Shown in pieces: positions 28,169 through 34,268 of a stretch of 34,268 bases of DNA. The notes beneath the pieces are model-generated. The model had not been told where the DNA came from. It made no database searches and worked only from the letters and a program-made list of their open reading frames with translations. Each line of letters begins with the position of its first letter. The first letter of the stretch is position 1. Origin of the DNA: Candidatus Latescibacterota bacterium (GTDB lineage Bacteria > Latescibacterota > UBA2968); the NCBI GenBank assembly GCA_038279365.1, contig JAYODI010000025.1, positions 29,754 through 64,021 on the forward strand. Direction: 5' to 3'. The position numbers and the translations under genes were made by a program.

Positions 28169-28582
28169 TGAAAGGCTGTTGATGTATTTATAATAAGGAT
28201 CAAGAGAAGGGTTGTGAGGCATTTCATTGCGCGTACCTCAAGGTTGTGGACGGTGTGAACGAGCTGGCGAGATTCAATCTGAAAACTTTTTAAGATGGCT
28301 AATTTCTTCTGGCCAATATGGGGCATGTCTTACATTTGTGCAAGTGTTGATATTTTATTAGTATTTCGCCTCAGAGGCTTTGTAATTATGGCAAAATATT
28401 GGATTGTGAAACGAGGGGGAGTCATCCACCAAACAGACTCCGATGGGTGGTGCGTGTAGAATTGGAGCACACTGTATTATCAATAACACTTGACAATCAC
28501 TGCCGAAAGCTTCTTCTTGCCAGCCATAAGCTATGCGCAAGAAAGGGCTCTTATAACAACTACACGTAGAGGAGATTAGAAG

Positions 28583-29599
28583 ATGGACAAAGCGATGCGT
28601 GACGCCTTTGCACGACAAGGCTATGTCGTCGTGCCCAACGTGCTCAATCAACAGCAGATAGACGAACTCAATCAAGTCTACGATCAGTACATCTTAGAGC
28701 GGGAGAATGCGCTGTCTGATGGCGACACCGACGTACAGAGACGTAGAAGCATTGGTGAACGCGAGAAGTGCCCCACAACAGATCGGCACGGCAATACTTA
28801 TGTGGGGAGAAGGCTTTGGAACAAGGCTTATATGGGTCTGATTGACAACGAGACCATGTTGCCCATTGTTCAAGAGATTCTCGGTGATCCGGCGTGGGGC
28901 CATGCCCCAGCACACATGCCTGAAGAACTTCGGCCTTTGTTTCGGCTCGACCATGACAACATACACTACAAGCCCGGTCGGACACCGACAGATGGCCCGG
29001 ATGTGGGCGGCTCTCTCCACGGCGGGCCAAGCGCCTGGCATATTACGTGTGTGTACGAGCTTAAGACGGTTGGCCCGGGTGACGGGGGATTTGGGTGTGT
29101 GGTTGGCACACATAAGCCGGAGAATTATAAGAAATTGCTGAATATCGATGGTGACTGGAGGCGAAACTGGGTGGATACGGAATGGACGTCGCAACTGGAG
29201 AATTGGGATAACGATGTGCCAGTGCACCGCGTTGAGGCCAAGGCTGGGGACTGCATCTTATTTACAGAGAAGCTGACACACGGAACCATCCCGTGGGCAG
29301 GAAAAGGTGAGCGACGCACCCTCTTTTATAAGTATGTTCCTTTTGGCATGCACCACGGCGATGTTGCGTATGATACCAACGACCCCGAACTTACTGAGCA
29401 ACAAAAACGGATTTTGGAGTTTTCGCCGTGTTGGTTTAATGAACCCCGAGAGGACAAAGATTACTCCGCAAACCCCGCACTCACCAAGCTCCATCCGCTG
29501 GCGCGGGTAGAAAGCGACCCGAGTGTGTTGTTGCCAGGGATGTCACCTCCACATATTCGGCTGACGGACGAGACCAAAGCGATGTTGGTTAACGCTTGA
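28583..29599 (+). CDS. PhyH-like Fe(II)/2OG enzyme, HGG (carboxylate-less) variant
   Basis: FARQGYVVVPNVL, FRLDH, LHGG, GGFGCVVGTHK, AGDCILFTEKLTHGT.PW, ERRTLFYKY; GAGGAG RBS. Confidence 0.88.
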   Translation: MDKAMRDAFARQGYVVVPNVLNQQQIDELNQVYDQYILERENALSDGDTDVQRRRSIGEREKCPTTDRHGNTYVGRRLWNKAYMGLIDNETMLPIVQEILGDPAWGHAPAHMPEELRPLFRLDHDNIHYKPGRTPTDGPDVGGSLHGGPSAWHITCVYELKTVGPGDGGFGCVVGTHKPENYKKLLNIDGDWRRNWVDTEWTSQLENWDNDVPVHRVEAKAGDCILFTEKLTHGTIPWAGKGERRTLFYKYVPFGMHHGDVAYDTNDPELTEQQKRILEFSPCWFNEPREDKDYSANPALTKLHPLARVESDPSVLLPGMSPPHIRLTDETKAMLVNA

Positions 29600-29734
29600 A
29601 GTACAGAAAACGTAGGCAATTGTTGCGGGCAAAATGAAAAGAAATTGGGGCCAACTCTTCAAAGGTAGAATCTGTTTTGTCCTCTAAGCTGAGGGTCATG
29701 AACAATGCTGTATTCATTATTGGGGACTTGGAAA

Positions 29735-31720
29735 ATGCGCTGGATTATGAGTTGTGCGATGATGGTGCTGTTGTGGGGGAACGCCCTTGCCCACACGGGT
29801 GATGTGTATGTTTCTCGCGTTGCGCCTGCGATTGAGGTTGATGGCGATTTGTCTGATTGGCCGAAGGATGTCTGGAAAAAGGCGACGTACTATCGGACTA
29901 TTTTGAGTGAACCGGAAAACGAGGCAGATTTTCAGGCCGAATTTGCGGTGATGTGGCGCGACTCTTTGCTGTATCTGGCTGCTCGCGTGATTGATGATGA
30001 GCATGTCTGTGTGCATACCGATGGAAATATTTATGTGGATGACTGCGTGCGGTTTTCGTTTACGCCACAGCACGAGCCCGATCTGTGGAACAATGATGTT
30101 TCGTGGGGGTATGGACGCTCGTCGGTGACTCAGGACGTGATGGCTGTGCCGACGGGCCGGTTTAGCGGCGTTCCCAGAGGCCTTGTGTATGTTGCGCAGG
30201 TCGTTAAGCGGAACGAAAAAAAAGGGCAAACGATTTATGAAGCCGTTGCCAAAGTCCCTTTCGACATTTCACACGGTGCTGTTTATGGGTTTGGATTTAC
30301 AGCTTCAGATAACGACGGGTTTCACGATGGTTTGGTGAGTTCATCGGCCAGGACTTTGACAATGCCTGGCAATGGGGGTGGGGATGTTGTTTTTGTTAAG
30401 GGCGATAGCAAACCTGTGCGTGTATCTGGGCAGATTAAGGGTTTGCCAGATGGGACGAGGGCCCTTGTTTATGCGTTTCAGAACGATGTGCTCAAGGGAT
30501 CGACAACGAGTGATCCTGAGGGTGCATTTGAGATGGCATTGCTGAGTGGCACCTATCAGGTGCTGGCCTATGCCGGGGAAAAATGCAGCAAACGGGTTGA
30601 GGTGACTGTTGGGAGCAAAGCGGATAATGTGGCTTTGACACTGGATGAACGAACGGGCACTTTACAGGGGCAAATTGTTGGTACAGACGGCAAAACACCT
30701 GTTGCGTTTGCGTCGGTATTTGCCTCTATGGACGGCAGTTTACGCGCACGGGTTTTCTCTGACGATGAGGGTCGATTTGTGGTGATGGGGTTGGAGGCCG
30801 GAACCTATGATCTGACGTGTAACGTCGCAGATGGGGATACGGTGAAGGCGGTGACGGTTGCCCGTGGCAAAATCGTAGATTTGCCCAAGCCAATCCAGGC
30901 GACGTTGTCGTTTGACCGCGAACCCGCAGATGATGCGGTTTTTGAAGTGCTGGAAGACTGGTTGGACTACGACCGCAATTTGCCATTTGATGTGGATGTG
31001 ATGGAACGGCGCGAGGTGGCCAATTATGTGCGCGAAAAGATTGTATTTACCAGCACACACGATGAACGTGTGATAGGCTATTTGGCATTGCCAAAGACGG
31101 GTAAAAAGCCTTTTCCATGTTTGGTGACGGTACACGCACACGACAATTTGGGCAAAGATCGCGACGATATGGAAATGCTGCGACGTCGTTTTACCGAGAA
31201 GGGATATGCTGTGCTTGCCCTGGACTCAAAGTATTACAATGAGCGTCACCACCAAGGACAGACAGTTTACGATATGAGAGGCCAGGATTTCCGCAGGCGA
31301 GATGCCAATTTGCAGACGATTGTGGACTATCGCCGGGCACTCGATTTTTTGGGTACACGTGCTGAAATTGACACCTCTCGCATTGGCGTGTTCGGCGGAA
31401 GTATGGGGTCTTTGCAGGCGATGATTTTGGTCCCGCTTGAGCCGCGTATTAAAGCTGTGGTGTTGCGTGGACCGGGGTTGTGGGCCGACCAATGGAATCT
31501 GTCGCCGACCGATCAGGTGAATTTCCTGTCGCGAATGGGCGCGCGCCCGGTGTTGATTTTTAACGGCCCCTATGATCGCCCGTGGGCACCCATAGGCACG
31601 CAGCGCATTTTGAAACTGTTGCCAGGCGAAACGACCATGGTTTGGTATCGAACATCGCACACCGTGCCGCCCGAGCTGTATTTGGAGAAGATGTTGTCTT
31701 GGGTGGGTGAAAATTTGTAG
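29735..31720 (+). CDS. Secreted multidomain protein: CBM9/DOMON-like domain, two carboxypeptidase-regulatory-like beta domains, C-terminal alpha/beta hydrolase
   Basis: Signal peptide ending ALA/H; I.VDGDLSDW and LYLAARV.DD; G.I.G...G.F...L..GTY.L repeated twice; GGSMG nucleophile elbow, GPYD, TSH. Start may be 29705. Confidence 0.82.
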   Translation: MRWIMSCAMMVLLWGNALAHTGDVYVSRVAPAIEVDGDLSDWPKDVWKKATYYRTILSEPENEADFQAEFAVMWRDSLLYLAARVIDDEHVCVHTDGNIYVDDCVRFSFTPQHEPDLWNNDVSWGYGRSSVTQDVMAVPTGRFSGVPRGLVYVAQVVKRNEKKGQTIYEAVAKVPFDISHGAVYGFGFTASDNDGFHDGLVSSSARTLTMPGNGGGDVVFVKGDSKPVRVSGQIKGLPDGTRALVYAFQNDVLKGSTTSDPEGAFEMALLSGTYQVLAYAGEKCSKRVEVTVGSKADNVALTLDERTGTLQGQIVGTDGKTPVAFASVFASMDGSLRARVFSDDEGRFVVMGLEAGTYDLTCNVADGDTVKAVTVARGKIVDLPKPIQATLSFDREPADDAVFEVLEDWLDYDRNLPFDVDVMERREVANYVREKIVFTSTHDERVIGYLALPKTGKKPFPCLVTVHAHDNLGKDRDDMEMLRRRFTEKGYAVLALDSKYYNERHHQGQTVYDMRGQDFRRRDANLQTIVDYRRALDFLGTRAEIDTSRIGVFGGSMGSLQAMILVPLEPRIKAVVLRGPGLWADQWNLSPTDQVNFLSRMGARPVLIFNGPYDRPWAPIGTQRILKLLPGETTMVWYRTSHTVPPELYLEKMLSWVGENL

Positions 31721-31802
31721 GGCGCTAAATTGGCCAAGATGAACCAGCAGAGCCGTTCGCGTCGGATCGTTTTTGACTTGGGCAAGCTCGTAGTCTGGGT
31801 AC

Positions 31803-31836
31803 AAAAAAACCGCGCATCTTAACGATGCGCGGTTTT
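31803..31836. terminator. Terminator hairpin, near copy of the one at 28128
   Basis: AAAAAAACCGCGCATC-ttaac-GATGCGCGGTTTT between convergent genes. Confidence 0.8.
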
Positions 31837-31932
31837 CTCATTTGCGGTGTTTGGATGAGTCTGGAAACAGGCTACAGGTGCTGACTTGAGGGGGCTGGGT
31901 TCCTGGGCTCAGATTTTAGGGGAATGACAACG

Positions 31933-31953
31933 CTCGGCATTCCTGGCAGAAGC
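31933..31953. repeat. 21-bp direct repeat, left copy
   Basis: CTCGGCATTCCTGGCAGAAGC, identical to 32874-32894. Confidence 0.9.
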
Positions 31954-32045
31954 CATGTTCTACGCGATCACTGCCGCATGGGTTGAGACCGCCGCATCCA
32001 AGTCAAAATTGTCGTTTTCCTCTGGCAAATTGAGATGCCAGGAAT

Positions 32046-32372
32046 TTAGATCGCAATGACTTTTTCGGTTCCCTCATTGTCTGGGTGGGCAATATGAATG
32101 CTCACTTCACAGTTGAGTCTTTCAAGGAACCGCATCAGCCGCTCGACGCTATAATAGGAAAATTTCCCGCTCTTAAGCCGGGATATTTCGGGTTGCTTAA
32201 CGCCTAATATCTCTGCAGCTCTGATCTGAGTCAGCTTGCGGTGCCCAAGAATCCGAAAAATTTCTGCCCCAAGCTGAGCCTTGAGCAGTTCTTCTTTTGC
32301 TTCCTCCTCACCAAAGCCCAGATCGGAAAAGATATTGCCACTGCTTTTCTCGATTTTAATGTTCTCGTCCAT
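32046..32372 (-). CDS. XRE-family HTH antitoxin (HigA-like)
   Basis: SSGNIFSDLG, LTQ..AAEILGVKQPEISRL..GK...YS.ERLMRFL; start overlaps the toxin 3' end with a GGAGG RBS. Confidence 0.9.
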   Translation of the reverse strand: MDENIKIEKSSGNIFSDLGFGEEEAKEELLKAQLGAEIFRILGHRKLTQIRAAEILGVKQPEISRLKSGKFSYYSVERLMRFLERLNCEVSIHIAHPDNEGTEKVIAI

Positions 32373-32736
32373 GTTCTGCCTCCTCTTGTTTTGCCAACTC
32401 TTTTGCTCGTCTCAATCGTCGTTTGATCAGGTCAATTTCTTGCTTTGGGGTGGCAATGCCACGCTTCGATTTTTTTTGAAATGCATGGAGCACATAAAGG
32501 CTTCTGCCTATTTTGACTGTATAGACGGCGCGGTAGGTATTTGTATCGTAGTCGCCAACGATCTCAAATACGCCAGACTCAATGCCTCGCATCGGTTTAG
32601 ATGAAGGGGGCGTTTGTCCGGTCTGCACAAGGTAGAGTGCGTGCCCCAGGTCTTTGCGAACCTGGTTGGGAAAACTCTGCAACTTTTCTTTGGCATCGCC
32701 AATCCACTGAATTTCTTTGAAGGATAAGGGTTCCAT
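32356..32736 (-). CDS. RelE/ParE-superfamily toxin (phage Gp49-like/HigB-like)
   Basis: W.GDAKE.L..FP, KPMRG...GVFEI, TYRAVYTVK, YVLHAFQKKSK.GIATP; toxin gene precedes antitoxin. Confidence 0.9.
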   Translation of the reverse strand: MEPLSFKEIQWIGDAKEKLQSFPNQVRKDLGHALYLVQTGQTPPSSKPMRGIESGVFEIVGDYDTNTYRAVYTVKIGRSLYVLHAFQKKSKRGIATPKQEIDLIKRRLRRAKELAKQEEAEHGREH

Positions 32737-32743
32737 GTTCACA

Positions 32744-32772
32744 ATTATAACTAATTAGGTATGGCTTGGCAA
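32744..32772 (-). promoter_or_regulatory. Sigma70 promoter of the TA operon with a palindromic operator in the spacer
   Basis: Minus strand TTGCCA-17 bp-TATAAT; near-palindrome ATAaCTAATTAGgTAT at 32747-32762. Confidence 0.8.
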
Positions 32773-32873
32773 TCTCCAGAATGAATTTTGACGGCAGTGA
32801 ACCGAGGTATTAGAATCGGTGTTGCACCTGTGGATGGGCAGTAAGAGATTGTGTAAATGTAGGGAGGAGAATT

Positions 32874-32894
32874 CTCGGCATTCCTGGCAGAAGC
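32874..32894. repeat. 21-bp direct repeat, right copy
   Basis: CTCGGCATTCCTGGCAGAAGC, identical to 31933-31953. Confidence 0.9.
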
Positions 32895-33205
32895 AAAATT
32901 CCAAGCTTATAATGACAACTGGTCAGGTGGTCTATTTATTATGTCGAATATAATTTGCATACCAAAATATATCGGTTTATATTGTCGGGGTTATTTTATT
33001 TATGTCACGTGGGTTTGATATTTTCTAATAAGGTGCTGGATGCAAATTTCACATCACATTCGCAGTGGACGGTTCTTTGTTGCCATGTGGCCTCGTGGGA
33101 GATTTGCCTATTTTGTAATGGATGCAAAGCAGGAATCTTTAAACTGGGATATCATTAAAAAAAACAAGGTAGCCGTTCAGCGAGTGCACGACACTGGGTA
33201 TTGAA

Positions 33206-33856
33206 ATGGCATACAATGTCGAGATCATCAATGCTGGCAATGGTAAGGATCACGATTTGAAAAACGCGACACAAGCGAAGAATAGAAATCATTCTCAGAT
33301 CATTGAGGAAGTGATAGAATATCCAGCTGAAATGCTCAACGCTTGGAAAGCTGGAGATAAGTCTATCGTACCTGTAGGTGCCATAAATTCTGATCGCGGG
33401 TTGAGCCACTTAACAAATCAACCAAGCAGTATGTTTGGGGAAAATTATACACTTTGGAAAAAGCAAAAAGATGGTTGGGCTGGATATCACTTTTACCTCA
33501 TCAGTACAACTTGTGAACCCAAGAATGAAAAATATTTTGCAGGAAAAGCAAAGATAGAAGCTGTTATTCCAATGGCAAAATTGACGCATTTACGCAAAGC
33601 CACGGAAAACTATGGTATTGGTCAAGATCAGGGGTTACCAGACTTGTTTCTTTATAATGAAGAAGGTGAATACCAATTCCTTGAAATAAAAAAAGAAACG
33701 GATACGATCAGTGAAAAACAGTTGCTTTATCTTGCCTTGATCAAGACAATATTAGGGTGTCATGTTGGGATTGTATATCTCGTTTTAGAAGGGCGTGAAT
33801 ACACTCCAAAGACATATCAACTTCCCAACGTCAATCCACAAGAATTACAGTCGTAA
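33206..33856 (+). CDS. VRR-NUC-like PD-(D/E)XK nuclease domain protein
   Basis: GLPDLFL....Y.FLEIKK..D.IS..Q motif in the C-terminal third; start uncertain (weak RBS). Confidence 0.75.
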   Translation: MAYNVEIINAGNGKDHDLKNATQAKNRNHSQIIEEVIEYPAEMLNAWKAGDKSIVPVGAINSDRGLSHLTNQPSSMFGENYTLWKKQKDGWAGYHFYLISTTCEPKNEKYFAGKAKIEAVIPMAKLTHLRKATENYGIGQDQGLPDLFLYNEEGEYQFLEIKKETDTISEKQLLYLALIKTILGCHVGIVYLVLEGREYTPKTYQLPNVNPQELQS

Positions 33857-33907
33857 CCAAGACAATATCTACATTGATACAAAAAGCTTCCAAATAAAGG
33901 AATCTTA

Positions 33908-34268
33908 ATGGCCAAGAAGAAAGCAGCTCCAAAGAATGATAAAGGATTCGAAGAATCCCTATGGGATTCTGCAAATCGGCTCAGAGGCAGTATTGAGTCT
34001 TCTGAATACAAACACGTTGTGCTGAGCTTGATATTCCTCAAGTTCATTTCAGACAAGTTTGAGGAACGTCGGGAAGAGTTGATTGCAGAGAACAAGGAGA
34101 AATACACCGACGTGGTAGAGTTCTACACCATGAAAAAAGTCTTCTATCTGCCTGAGACATCTCGCTGGAGCCATATTCAGCAACACGCAAAACAGGGCGA
34201 TATTGCGATCAAAATTGACTCGGCTTTGACGGAGATTGAAAAGAGCAATGCCTCACTCAAAGGTGCCT
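33908..34268 (+). CDS. hsdM: Type I restriction-modification methyltransferase subunit M, N-terminal part; truncated by window end
   Basis: Manual translation: MAKKKAAPKNDKGFEESLWDSANRLRGSIESSEYKHVVLSLIFLKFISDKFE...FYLPETSRWS...IDSALTEIEKSNASLKG, the HsdM N-terminal domain; absent from the ORF track because it has no stop; AAGGA RBS. Confidence 0.93.
   Translation, partial: MAKKKAAPKNDKGFEESLWDSANRLRGSIESSEYKHVVLSLIFLKFISDKFEERREELIAENKEKYTDVVEFYTMKKVFYLPETSRWSHIQQHAKQGDIAIKIDSALTEIEKSNASLKGA

Noticed and set aside
32922-32949. dif-like site (TTATGTCGAAT resembles the XerD arm TTATGTTAAAT)
   Set aside because: The expected XerC arm ending in ATAA 6 bp upstream is absent.
32955-33158. 67-aa ORF upstream of the nuclease
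   Set aside because: TTG start, no RBS, no recognisable motif; probably AT-rich intergenic DNA.
28033-33205. Integron cassette array (reverse-oriented TA module, accessory genes)
   Set aside because: I found no convincing attC sites (RYYYAAC...GTTRRRY boxes) and no integrase.
1-34268. CRISPR array, tRNA, rRNA, riboswitch or IS element
   Set aside because: No regularly spaced repeats, cloverleaf/T-loop motifs, recognisable aptamer cores or transposase ORFs were seen by eye; an Infernal/Rfam scan would be needed to exclude ncRNAs.

Overview
Bacterial chromosomal window with about 25 CDS, nearly all on the + strand; I saw no rRNA, tRNA, CRISPR array, transposase or integrase. Left part (1-14.8 kb): fatty acid desaturase 3' end, glutathionyl-hydroquinone reductase-type GST, DeaD helicase + SGNH hydrolase, sodium:solute symporter, D-2-hydroxyacid dehydrogenase, a TolC-MFP-RND efflux operon and a beta-lactamase-family serine hydrolase. 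Middle part (15-31.7 kb): a uronate/acidic-polysaccharide region with four PhyH-type Fe(II)/2-oxoglutarate oxygenase domains, a mannonate-oxidoreductase-like SDR lacking the catalytic Lys, a Cache sensor with only a Cys/His tail as output, a PL8 lyase, an in-frame fusion of an alginate-lyase (PL38-like) domain to a PhyH domain, mannonate dehydratase, and a secreted CBM9-like/alpha-beta-hydrolase protein. Right end: a HigBA-like toxin-antitoxin pair bracketed by 21-bp direct repeats, a VRR-NUC-type nuclease and the start of a type I hsdM (not in the ORF track), probably the edge of a defence island. The best candidate for an undescribed system is the lyase-dioxygenase fusion and its cluster. 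All family calls come from motifs recognised by eye; no searches were run, so novelty is unverified.
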